A stretch of 64,000 nt of DNA. It comes from the human T2T-CHM13v2.0 reference genome, Homo sapiens. Shown here in pieces: positions 1 through 12,208 of the stretch. Location: the NCBI RefSeq assembly GCF_009914755.1, contig NC_060947.1. The stretch is one strand, 5' to 3'. The notes under the pieces were generated by a model. The model was not told the DNA's origin and made no database searches. It worked only from the letters and a program-made list of their open reading frames with translations. Numbering within the stretch: position 1 is the stretch's first letter; each line of letters opens with the position of its first letter. A program made the position numbers and the translations under genes.

Positions 1-92
1 CACCCTCACGGACACACTCCAAAATAATGCTTTACCAGGTTTCTAAGTATTCTTTAATCTCATCAAGTTGACACCTAAAATTAACCATAACA
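1..92 (-). mobile_element. MLT2 (ERVL) LTR 5' end
   Basis: Reverse complement reads TGTTATGGTTAATTTTAGGTGTCAACTTGA..., matching the MLT2 start. Confidence 0.75.
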
Positions 93-1010
93 CACACACC
101 ATCCCAAAATTTAATGTTTTAAAGCAACATTTATTTTGTTCACAAATGTGAAATTTGGGCAAGAAACAATCTGTTTCATTCAGTGTAAGCTTGGGGATAG
201 AATCACATGAAATCTCAGTCACTCACATGTCTAGCGACTGATGATGGCTTTCAGGTTGAGACTTTAACTGAGGCCATTGGCCAGACACCTACATGTGGCC
301 TGTCCACGAAGAACCAAACTGTCTACCCCCACACAGCTTACTGTCTACATTAACCTGACTTTACTATTCCATTGTCTTTGTTAGTATAACTTTGGTATTC
401 CAGTAGACTATTGCCCAGAAAGACAAAAGTTGCAAGTAAAATTATTGTTCTTTACAGGAGTTTCTGAAAGTTGTATCATTCTTCAGTAGAAGAGTTTACA
501 TCGTAAGATTATTTGAGCCTCTAGCCTCAAAACGCTTACCTTGTAGTATCCACCAATCCTAAGATCCTTATCCTATTCTAATCAAGCTCCTGTGTTGAAA
601 GACTCTCATAAACCAAACTCCCAGCTCTCAATATAGCATCAGACTTTGTTCTCCTGTTCTGAGACTCTCTCAGATTCCATGAAGTATCACTTTAAGCAAT
701 ATATTCAACTTAGTCTTTTCAATGTGTTGTTCTGGTGATATTTGGGAAGCCAGCATTTGACACCATGTGGCCTGGGCTTCTTTACAACATGGTGGCTAAG
801 TTTCAAGAGTGAGTATTCCAAAAGAAAGCTATGTAGAAGTGATATAGTCTTTTTAAAGATAAGATCAGAAATCACACAGCATCATTTCCACTACATTCCA
901 GCCATGGAGGTAACCACAAATGTTCACCCAGGTTCAAGGAAAAGGGGATTAGACAACACCATTTGATGGGAGGAATCAAGAATTTTCAGACAGATCTCTA
1001 AACCATCACA
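93..1010 (-). mobile_element. Old MLT1 (MaLR) LTR, split by an ERV1-type LTR
   Basis: MLT1 motif acctacatgtggcc-tgtcca...ccatgtggcctgggcttc is continuous across the insert; ends aaaccatcaca. Confidence 0.7.
307..762 (+). mobile_element. Solo ERV1-type LTR (MER34/MER39-like)
   Basis: ~455-bp block ending ...ttctggtgatatttgggaagccagcatttgaCA that interrupts the MLT1. Confidence 0.55.
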
Positions 1011-1014
1011 TCCC

Positions 1015-1235
1015 CTAAACTCAATTAACATTGTCTACAGGTTCTTGGAAACTGCAATTTTAGGTACAATGCCTAAGGAAGCCAACTTTTCCATAGGCTA
1101 ATTGATATAAACAAGAGTGATGAGATTGATATAAACACGAGTGATATAAACAAGAGTTCCTATGGCATACTTCTGGTCACAAAAACATCACCAAACTTCT
1201 AAATAAAAACCAAAACACATCTAATATTAAATATA
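1015..1235 (+). mobile_element. MER6 (TcMar-Tigger) fragment
   Basis: caggttcttggaaactgc...ccataggctaattgatataaacaagag...ctggtcacaaaaacatcaccaaacttctaaataaa. Confidence 0.75.
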
Positions 1236-1236
1236 T

Positions 1237-1395
1237 TGTCGTGGGGTGGGGGGATGGGGAGGGATAGCATTAGGAGAAATACCTAATGTAAATGACGAGT
1301 TAATGGGTACAGCAAACCAACACAGCACATGTATACACATGTAACAAACCTGCACGTTGTGCACATGTACCCTAGAACTTAAAGTATAAAAAAAG
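1237..1395 (+). mobile_element. L1PA 3' end, 5'-truncated
   Basis: gggagggatagcattaggagaaatacctaatg...catgtaccctagaacttaaagtat plus A-tail. Confidence 0.93.
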
Positions 1396-1592
1396 TATAA
1401 TTATCACCAATTATTTGATTTTGTTCGTAGAACCATACCAAATTTGAAGAAAAATGAAATCAATGAGAAGCTTTGTTTCTAAGGTTTAAAGTTAAAAGGG
1501 CAATTGCAGTTGTCCAATAACTAAAGATAATTTAATTACTTGTTGAAAATTATTTTGCCTTGATTATCTAGGAATTGGTAATCAAAACATAA

Positions 1593-1938
<346 letters not shown>

Positions 1939-3854
1939 TGAGGTTTTTTAACATAAGCATTTCTTATTTCAAAAGGAAGGTAGTAGTTCTAAATTTTAAT
2001 TCTACACCTCAAATGTAATTCATTTTAACATTTTATCTGCATCTGACTGATTTCATCAATGTAAAATAAAGCAGGTGGCCCAATTCAGGCAAACATGTAC
2101 TGAGCATCTGTTGAATGAGGCCTTGTGCTAGGTGTGGCAAAGAATATAGAGACAAGAATAAATGCTCATTTGTGGTTTACTAAACAAGAGAACCAATAAC
2201 TTCAGTGGTGAGATGTCCGGGAAAATTTTATAAGAGTTGCTACTGATAAGCTCAATTCCACTTTCTGCTAGGGAAGAGAGAAATTGCATAAGAGGATAAA
2301 ATAATAAAACTCGGTTTTGGCTGAGTTCCCAAAGGTGGAGGAAAACCAGTAAATTCCAAATACATTCACATGCCAGAGTGAGGCATCGGACTTGCAAAGA
2401 GGATGGAGCAAAAGCAATAGTTTTCAATCCTTAAGATATCATCTATCTTGAAGTTACATCATTGGCTTCAAGATGGCCACTCAGCTTCACATATGCCTCT
2501 GAAGCTTGGGAGACTGATGTCTAACACTCTCAGAGATAAATCCAAAAGAAAGTGAATATGGCTGATGCTGACCCTGCCTGATAACACATTGAGAGAGTAC
2601 TGCATTAGAAGTGAGATGCACTTTCGCTTTCAAGCAACAGTGGGGCAAGGGTGCTTGAATTTTCCCATGGGCCAATGGAAGGGTGGAATTGGAATTCTGC
2701 CCACGAGGATTCAATCCTATTCTGCTTTTCTATTCCAGAGCCTTTCCACACTTACTCCCACAGGCTGAGCAAAGCGCCTGCATTGTTTCAAGTTTTTCCC
2801 TCCATGTAGACAATGGATGGATGCTTTATTTCTCCAGTGCTCATGGGCCTAATGATTCATGACTGTGTTAGCCCCTTTTACCATTTTCAGGGCTTGCAGG
2901 AAAAATAATCCTAGGAGATTCATACTTAGAGCAGAATGCGGCCCAAACACCTGGCAATCATGTTCATCATTCTCATTTTTTACCTAGATCATCCTTGATG
3001 CCAGAGCAAGGTTTACTCAATCTGATGGACATGCCTTTTATTTCTCTTGGCATCACCCACCTCTAGATAGTCATAAAGGATAGCGGATGGCTTATTATGT
3101 CAAGTATTTCTCTCATAACTAAATAAATTATATAGATAATGCAGTGTCTGTAAGTACTTGAGGAGACTTGGAAACCTTTTACGGTCATCAAAATGAATAT
3201 TTTTCTATTCATCAGCATTCACAACTATTGAATCTTTATCTGTTTGTATGGTTTATACTGGGGCTTTCCACCCCTGCCCCCCCGCCATTATTATTTCTCC
3301 ACTTGGCCATTCCTATTCAGAGCCTTTCACCTTTTATCTCTGACATAGCTTGGTTCAAGAGCTTAATTTTTTTTAAGGTACCATGACCAAGTCAATTTAT
3401 ATCCTGAAGAAGGGATTACATGATTATTCAAATTTGGCATTGCTACACATAGAAGATATCTGTGTGATTTACTTACATTTACATATTGACTTTCATGATA
3501 TCTAGCTTAAATCTTGACAGATGAAGGAACACAACAGCAGACTTTGGGAAACATTTTTTCAATTAATAGTACATTTCGTTATACTGAGGGAAGGATTGAA
3601 CATATACATTTATTATTTTAGCTCAGTTTTGAGATGGTGTACATTTTTTGCTTGTTTTATGTTTATACTGCCAGTGTTTGAAAATAAATATTCATAATTC
3701 CTCCTTTTTTACACAAAAGTTACATAGGCACTATATTGTAACTTGGCATTTTTAGTTAATGATATATTTTAGAGTTTGTAGTATATCAGGACATAAAAAG
3801 CATCATCAATCTTTTTATAGTTGCATAGCATTTTACTGTGTGGATGTATCATAA

Positions 3855-4179
<325 letters not shown>

Positions 4180-5404
4180 ATGTATGGTAATTTCTTAGAC
4201 AAATCCCCAATTGTTGGACACTGGGTAGCTTCCAAACTTTCACTATTACCAAGAAAACCTAGCTACAACAAACAACCTTGCCTATACGTTTTCTTATATA
4301 TGTGTGTGCATACATGTATGCACATATACCTATCCAGAGGTAGAATTCCTGAGTCCAAACTGCATGAGTAATTTTGATGAATATTGCCAAATTGCCTTTA
4401 ACAGGAGATGTACTATTTTCCACTGGAAATATATATGGGTGCTTGTTTCTTTACAGAGAGGGCCGTAGTTTTTAATGAACTCAGTTTTTTTTTTTAACTA
4501 AAAACAAAACCAAAACAAAAAAAACAAACAAAAAAACTCCCATTTTAGAGTCCCTTAGCCAGAATCAGGCTTTACTTTCTCTGTGTGGAGCCAAGTTCAT
4601 TATTTCAATTCACAGACAGGGTAACTCATGGGCAAATAGGTTTTTTTCTAAACATAGGTCTTAAGTTATTACATTTTGAAACATTTTTTTTGATTTCTGC
4701 TAAATTTCTATTTACATGATACATTTTATTTTAACTAGTACTTCTTAAAAATTTGATATATTTGAACCATCAGGACAGAGTGGTGGTAGCTTCACATGGA
4801 AAGATAGGCTTATGTTTATACATACCATAAAATTTTTCCACTTCTTTACTCAAAAAATAAGGGTCCCTTGAGGGCTAAGGATTATCACAGTTGACCTCAC
4901 TGTCAGAAATATTACCAGTTTGTGAGATACAAAGAACAAATTACCCTTATACATTTATAATTTATCATTTTGTTTTATTACATAACTAAAAACTACTGAA
5001 AATATAAAATAACTCATTTAGGAACAAGTTTTTAGATAATTCATCCATAAAGAAAATTCATTTGGTTTTTCAAAGAAAAAGAGGAAAACAAGATTGGTGA
5101 TACCATTAACATATTTTGCTTTTAAATAACGACATGATGTTGGTCAAAAATTTATAATGTTTTAATATATAACCCCATATGACCACCAGAATTTGGGGTC
5201 TTCCTTAGGTGTAGTGTCATAACAATAACTACAATAACTCACATTTTTGTGGTACTTATGGTTTACAAAGTACTTCCATGTACCTGATAATAATTTCAGC
5301 TGTCATTAGTTGTATATGATACACACTAGAAGATATTAATCTCTTTTCACCAAAAATGAGAGAAATAAAAATGCATTATTTACTTAAAGTCGAAAAGCCA
5401 GTAA

Positions 5405-5958
5405 GTGGTAAATCATAGAGACAGAATGGTGGTTGTCAGTGGACGTGGGGAGAGGGGAATGGGGAGTTATTGTTTCATGGGTACAGAGGTTCAGTTTTTG
5501 TTTTGTTTTGTTTTGTTTTTGAGATGGAATCTCACTCTGTCCCCTAGACGGGAGCGCAGTGGCACGATCTCAGCTCACTGCAACCTTTGCCTCCCAGGTT
5601 CAAGTGATTCTGCTGCCTCAGCCTCCTGAGTAGCTGGGATTACAGGCATGCGCCACCATGCCAGACTACTTTTTTTTTTTTTTGTATTTTTAGTAGAGAA
5701 GGGGTTTCATCATGTTGGTCAGGTTGGTCTTGAACTCCTGACCTCATGATCTGCCCCCCTCGGCCTCCCAAAGTGCTGGGATTACAGGCGTGAGCCACCA
5801 CACTTGGCCAGAGTTTGTTTTACAAGATAAGAGTTCTGGAGATGGATGTTGGTGATAGTTGCACAACAATATAAATGTACTTAACACCACTGAACTGTAC
5901 AGTTAAAATGGTTAGGATAGTTTTATGTTACGTGTATTTCACCACAAGAAAAAAAAAA
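5405..5958 (+). mobile_element. L1MB-type 3' end interrupted by an Alu
   Basis: atagagacagaa...ggagatggatg...gttgcacaacaat...actgaactgtac...aaatggtta plus A-tail. Confidence 0.8.
5495..5809 (-). mobile_element. AluS
   Basis: Full dimeric Alu with a (TTTTG)n tail. Confidence 0.95.
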
Positions 5959-6341
5959 GCTAGTGAATGATGAGCTTGTGTTTGATATCTGTCCAACCTT
6001 TTCTTTCTACTCAAAGCAGTTATTATCCCGGTGTTACAGATGAAGGGACTAAGGCCTAGAGGGACTGAACTGACTTACGTCATGTAACTATCAAGTGGCA
6101 GAGTTGGAGTTTAATATAATGTAAGTGATTTTACATGCAGAGGCTTAGCATAGGAAGTAAAAATAAAACCAAGGGATCAATTAACCACTAAGGACTGGGT
6201 AATCCTGGGTTAATCACTTCATCTGTTTGGGCCTCAGTTTACTCAGTTGTAAAATAAAGGGACTGATATAAATCGGAGGTTTTTTTAAAGTCAATGTTTT
6301 TGACCATGACTAAAAGTAAGAAATGTTTTATATTGACCAGT

Positions 6342-6381
6342 ACACAGACACACACACCACCACCACCACCACCACCACCAC
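6342..6381 (+). repeat. Compound (CA)n-(CAC)9 microsatellite
   Basis: Read directly from the sequence. Confidence 0.9.
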
Positions 6382-6393
6382 TGCCAGCATACC

Positions 6394-7505
6394 TTGTCCT
6401 AGGTTGGGTTTCCCAGATGTAGATCTTGAAATAGGGATTTGAGTACAATTTATTAAGGATATGCTCCCAGGAGAAACTGGTACTGGAATAGAAGAAATAG
6501 AGGAAAGAGGAGGAAAAGGGTAGAAATCAACCAAGTGTGAGATTTCAGGTGAAGTCCTGGCCTCAGCCTTATTCCACAGGGAGCCGTAGAGCATAAAATA
6601 CTTCATATAATTTGATCAGCCTTGAGGCAAGAGAGTGAGGCTTTCATACTTCATCACCAGTCAATCACTGGTTACAGGCTACCCCAATACCATGTAACAT
6701 CCCAGGCATTGCAGCTCATGGTACTTGTGGTAGCCAGTCCCCCAAAGGTGGCCCCCAGTGATCACTAGCTCATGGTATTCACACCTTCATATAGTTCCCT
6801 CCTACACTACACCATTGTTGGTCTGTGTGACCAATAAAATACAGCAGAAATGGTGGTATGTTGGGATGAGAAGGAGGGGGAAAAAAGAAAAATAAATAAA
6901 TAAATAAAAAGAAATGATGGTATGCCACTTCTGAGATTAAAATGTAAAAAGCTGTGGGATCCATCTTGGATTCTCTTTTTCTTGGGTCACTGGCTCTGGG
7001 GGAAGCAAGGTCTCATTTTCTGAGTAGTCCAATGAAGAGGCCCATGACACGGACTCTCATGACAAGGAACTGAGGCTTCTAGCCAACAGCCAGCAAGGAA
7101 CCAAGGCCTGCAACAATGACTTGAGTTTGAAGGCAGATTTTCCAACCTAAATCAAGCCTTGAGATGATTGTAGCTCCAGCTGACAGCTTGAGTGAAATCT
7201 TTTGAGAGACCCTGAGCCAGAACCACCCAGTTATGTTGCTCTCAGTTTTCTGACCCTCAGAAACCATGTGAGATAATAAATGTTTGGTGTTTTAAGTCAC
7301 TAGGTTTTTGAAAAAATTGTTGTGCAGCAATAGATAAACAATATCATACACTGGGTTGATGTGGCTCCAATAGCTGAAGGGTAGTTCTCTGAAGAGCTTG
7401 AGGGGATATCGTGTAGGAGAGTAGCACAAAGACGCTGGGGAATAGGCAGAACCAGTAGAAGAGACCTGAGTGACATAAGCAGAGCATCCATCATATCTGC
7501 TATTC
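6394..7505 (-). mobile_element. LTR16-family (ERVL) LTR, split by MLT1F
   Basis: tgtcctaggttgggtttcccag...caccagtcaatcactggtt; similar sequence resumes after ~7347. Confidence 0.6.
6726..7346 (+). mobile_element. MLT1F-like MaLR solo LTR
   Basis: Starts TGTGGTAGCCAG...ggcccccagtgatc; ends gagataataaatg...gcagcaatagata. Confidence 0.85.
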
Positions 7506-7719
7506 CCCCAAAAGCAAACATTTCATGAAACGACACTTATTATATGTGATATACTCTGATATTTTTTATTCTTTTTATTAAATGATAAAAGAGAGCCCTC
7601 AAATTGATTTCATAATACACTAACAGATGTGACGTCCAGTTGAAAACAGTGAACATAATCATCTTTAAGGCCCCTTATAGATCTAAACTGCTGTAATTAG
7701 GAGGTGGCACAGTTGTTAT

Positions 7720-7894
7720 AATGATAACTAACATTTAATAAGCATTCACTATTCCAGAATTGTTCTAAACACTTCACATAGACTGTCTTACGTGAAGACA
7801 ATAAGGTAGGTACTATTACTATCCTCATTTTACAGATGTGGAAACTTGTAAATGTCAGAGGCCAGGAGGGAATCCAGGCATTCTGACTCCAAAA
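7720..7894 (-). mobile_element. MIR
   Basis: MIR core aggtaggtactattactatcctcattttacagatgtggaaact. Confidence 0.8.
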
Positions 7895-8166
7895 CCTATT
7901 GTCAAGAGTGTAGGCTTCTATATTAGACTGTTTGGGTTCAAATTCTGATTCCAATGGTTGATCAATAAATGTTTTCAGTTATGATGATGATGTACCCAAT
8001 TATTAGAAATTCACTGATGTGGATAATTCTCCCTATTGTCAAGAGTGCAGGTTCCTGTATCAGACCGTTTGGGTCTAAATCCTGATGCCAATGGTTGATC
8101 AATGTCTTTTCAGTTATGACGATGACATACTCAGTGATTAGAAATTCACTAATGGGGATAATTCTC
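7895..8166 (+). repeat. Two-copy tandem duplication, units of 137 and 135 bp
   Basis: 7895-8031 and 8032-8166 both run cctattgtcaagagtg...ggataattctc; ~85% identity by hand alignment. Confidence 0.93.
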
Positions 8167-9283
8167 ACAAAAGGAAGTTTAGGGCCAGGGTTATGTACAT
8201 CAACATTGACTGAATTCAGCAGTTCAACGCATTGATAATAAGTTCAATGTTCTGCTCCGCTTCAGCCACACTGACCCAGTCTTCACTTTAAATGCAGCCA
8301 CTCATGCATTTCAATAAGAAGGGGCCCTGGCCTAGGTTACATAACGTCTGCATGCTTTAACAGCTAAAGTACACTTCACTGTAACCAAATAGGATAGAAG
8401 GAATTTCAACATATTCATTTTTATGTATTGGGTTCATTAAAGTGCACTCAAAGATAATTCTCTAACAAACAAACCTAACTAAAAATACACTAGTCACCAT
8501 CATGTAGAAAGTATTCCTACTAAATTCAGTGAACATTAATTAACCTTTGGATTTCAAAAATGGGATCAATAAACACGGTACAATTGACTAAAAGGGGTAA
8601 AAATTATTTGCAGAACCTGGACACCTGGAACTATCATCTTTTTGGTTAAATTCCTCTGAGCCAAGTCTCTATCAATTATATCTTTCCTTTCACAGGAATA
8701 AAGTATTTATCACAGGTATTAGAGTCAGTGTAAAAGCACAACATCCTTTTAATAAAACATTCTCAGTAATCAAAAATTCATATACCTCCAGAATGAATTA
8801 TTTAGAGCTGGACACATATAGGGGAAATGTGTCAGGAGGATATTTCAGCAGCTGCTGTGTTGTAAGGTGACATGGAAGCTTTAGAAAGAGGGCAGAAAGA
8901 AAAAAAGGTTTAAGTCCTACTTTAGATGCTATTGGATGATTATGGATTATAAGGAACAAGACTGGTTGCAACCTTGCTTAGAATACCGCTAGCAGGGGTA
9001 AGACAGTTTTCTCACGTTACCTATTTTTTGGAAAAAAAAATCATTTCTAATATGTTGCTAAAAAGGGATTTACAGAGGATGTCATATTTCTCAAACCAAA
9101 TATCAATCTCGATGACCTAAAAATTAACAATTCAAAATAAAACTTTTTCTAATTATAAAAGAAGTCACGCTTTTACAGAACATTTAATAAATGTAGAAAA
9201 TGTAAAGAAAAAACACAAAGTGATGAGATATTGGCTCACGAAGTAATAATTATTTATATGTATGTATAGATACACATCTCCAA

Positions 9284-9285
<2 letters not shown>

Positions 9286-9322
<37 letters not shown>
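9286..9322 (+). repeat. (TG)18 microsatellite
   Basis: Read directly from the sequence. Confidence 0.97.
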
Positions 9323-9324
<2 letters not shown>

Positions 9325-9364
9325 CTCCAACTTGGCATCACACTGTAAGTTCATTTTGCAATTT

Positions 9365-10810
9365 TACTTTTTACTTTTTAAATTTTTATTGACCATCCCC
9401 ACTCCCTCCTCCCAACTACCTTTCCCAGCTTCTGGTAACCATCATTCTACTCTCTATCTCTGTGAGTTCAATTGTTTTAACTTTTAGCTCCCACAAATAA
9501 ACGCAAAGTTTTTCTTTTTGTGTCTGGCTTATTTCACTTAACATAATGACCTCCAGTTCCATCCATGTTGTGGCAAATGACAGTATCTCATTCTTTTTTA
9601 TGGCTGAATAGTACTCCATTGTGTATATGTGCCACATTTTCTTCATTCATTCGTCTGTTGATGGACACTTAGGTTGTTTCCAAATCTTGGCTATTGTGAA
9701 TAGTGCTGCAACAAACATGGGAGTGCAGATATCTCCTTAGTATACTGATTTCCTTTCTTTTGGGTATATACCCAGCAGTGCAATTGCTGGATCATATAGT
9801 AGCTCTATTTTTAGTTTCTTAAGGAACCTCCAAACTGTTCTCCACAGTGGCTGTATTAATTTACATTCCCACCAGTAGTGTACAAGGGTTCCCTTTCCTC
9901 CATATTCTTGCCAGCATTTGTTATTGCCTTCTTTTGGATAAAAGCCATTTAAACTTGGGTGAAATGATACCTCATTGTAGTTTTGATTTGCATTTCTCTG
10001 ATGATCAATGATGTTGACTACTTTTTCATATACCTGTTTGCCATTTGGGTATCTTCTTTTGAGAAATATCTATTCAGGTCTTTCACCCATTTTTGATCAG
10101 ATCATTATATTTTTTTCCTATAGTTGTTAGAGCTCCTTATATATTCTGGCTATTAATTCCTTGGCAGATGAGTAGTTTAGAAATATTTTCTCTCATTCTG
10201 TGCGATGTCTCTTCACTTTGTTGATTGTATCCTTTGTTGTGCAGAAACTTTTAAACTCGATGTGATCCCATTTGTCCATTTTTGCTTTGGTGGCCTGTGC
10301 TTGTGAGGTATTATTCAAGAAATCTTTGCCCAATCCAGTGTCTTAGAGAGTTTCCCCAATGTCTTCTTTTAGTAGTTTCACAGTTCGAGGTCTTAGATGT
10401 GACTCTTTAATCCATTTTGATTTGATTTTTTTATATGGTATGAGAGAGGGGTCTAGTTTCATTCTTCTGCATAGGGATATCCAGTTTTCCCAGCACCAAT
10501 TATTGAAGAGACTGTCCTTTCCCCAGTGTATGTTCTTGGGAACTTTGTTGAAAATTAGTTCACTGTAGATGTATGGATTTGCCTCTGGGTTCTCTATTTG
10601 GTTGCATTGGTCTATGTGTCTGTTTTTATGCCAGTACCATGCTGTTTTGTTTACTATAGTTCTATAGAATGATTTGAAGTCAGGTAATGTGATTCCTCCA
10701 GTTTTATTCTTTTTGCTCAAGATAGCTTTGGCTATTCTAAGTCTTTTGTGATTCCATATAAATTTTAGGATTGTTTTTCTATCTCTGTGAAGAATGTCAT
10801 TGGTGCTTTC
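9365..10810 (-). mobile_element. L1MA-type LINE-1, 5'-truncated (ORF2 C-terminal part plus 3' UTR)
   Basis: ORFs 10343-10720 (GGITLPDFK...[13 protein letters not shown]) and 9416-9646 (MWHIYTMEYYSAIKKNE) are L1 ORF2 remnants. Confidence 0.93.
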
Positions 10811-10996
10811 ATTGTAATTTTATTTTTTTTTTACTTTAAAAATATTGTGGGAATTTCCTTGTGTCAAATTATTCTGCTTCAATATTAATTTCATAGCTGT
10901 ATAGAATTCCATTCTATGAACATAGTACTTGTAATTCAGTTATCTAGTCAGGCAAGCAGAAACTACTCTGTATATCTAATGCAGAAAAGGACTCAA

Positions 10997-11642
10997 TGTC
11001 TTCCGTTTAGTTTCTCAATTCATACAAAACCACATCCAGGCCATCACCAATCATTCTATATGACAAATGCTCTTTTTAACAACCCCACAATATCGCCCCT
11101 TACCACAAAATCTTCCTTCAGCTTAACCTTTCCCACTCTAGGTTCCCACACCACCCCTAATCCCGCTTGAAGCAGCCCTGAGAAACATTGCCCATTATCT
11201 CTCCATACCACCCCACCAAAATTTTCACTGCCCGAACACTTCAACACTATTTTATGTTTTCTTATTAATGTAAGAAGACAGGAATGTCAGGCATCTGAGC
11301 CCAAGGTAAGCGATCATATCCCCTGTGGCCTGCACGTATACATCCAGATGGCCTGAAGTAACTGAAGAATCACAAAAGAAGTGAAAATGGCCTGCTCCTG
11401 CCTTAACTGATGACATTACCTTGTGAAATTCCTTCTCCTGGCTCAGAAGCTCCCCCACTGAGCACCTTGTGACCCCTGCCCCTGCCTGCAAGAGAAAAAC
11501 CCCCTTTGACTGTAATTTTCCACTACCCACCCAAATCCTATAAAATGGCCCCACCCCTATCTCCTTTTGCTGACTCTTTTCGGACTCAGCCCACCTGCAC
11601 CCAGGTGAAATAAACAGCCTTGTTGCTCACAAAAAAAAAAAA
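10997..11642 (+). mobile_element. HERV-H 3' internal sequence + LTR7 U3-R + poly(A); U5 absent (processed retrocopy)
   Basis: HERVH-int 3' end; polypurine tract aagaagacaggaa 11272-11284; LTR starts TGTCAGGC at 11285; TATAAAA 11539-11545; AATAAA 11609-11614; ...gttgctcac then A12 (11631-11642). Confidence 0.9.
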
Positions 11643-11695
11643 GTAATTTGCTATAAGGTACAAAAAGTACTGAAAAAACACAAAGGACAAAGGTG

Positions 11696-12208
11696 TGTAT
11701 CAGTTAGCTATTGCTGTGTGACAAACCACCTTAAACTTACTGGTTTTATTTTAAAAACAATTCTGTGGTCAGCAATTTAGGCTGGGCTCATCTGGGTAGT
11801 TCTCTGGTCTCAGCTGAACTCCTTCCTGCTGGTTTTGGGTTGACTTTGCAGATTGTGGCTGGGCTCCCTTACATATTTGAGTTATCAGTGGAGACAAGAG
11901 GGCTGGCTAGACTCTGATGCACATGGTTTCTCATTCTCTAGCAGGTTAATCTGGGATTATTCCCATGGCAATCATAGGGTTCCAAAAGAGTGAGGAGAAG
12001 ATGGTGAGTCCCCTTGAGGCCTAAGCTTAGCACTATCACAACGTCATTTTCACTGTTTTCTATTGTTCAAAGTAAGGAATAAAGCCAGCCTAGATTCGGA
12101 GAGAGAAGAAATAAATTTTACTTTTTATGGGAAGAGCTGCAAAGTCACATTGAAAAAGGTCATGGAAAGGGAGAGAAAGAATTTTGGCTAGTTTTACAAT
12201 TCATTACA
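11696..12208 (-). mobile_element. MLT1 (G/H-like) MaLR LTR
   Basis: tgtatcagttagctattgctgtgtgacaaaccacc...gggaagagctgcaaagtcacattg. Confidence 0.75.

Noticed and set aside
7895-8166. Direct repeats as a CRISPR-like array
   Set aside because: Only two diverged units, no spacers, mammalian context.
10343-10720. ORFs resembling reverse-transcriptase proteins (also 9416, 19938, 62603, 63710)
   Set aside because: Fragments of L1 ORF2 in decayed or incomplete elements; not a novel retro-system.
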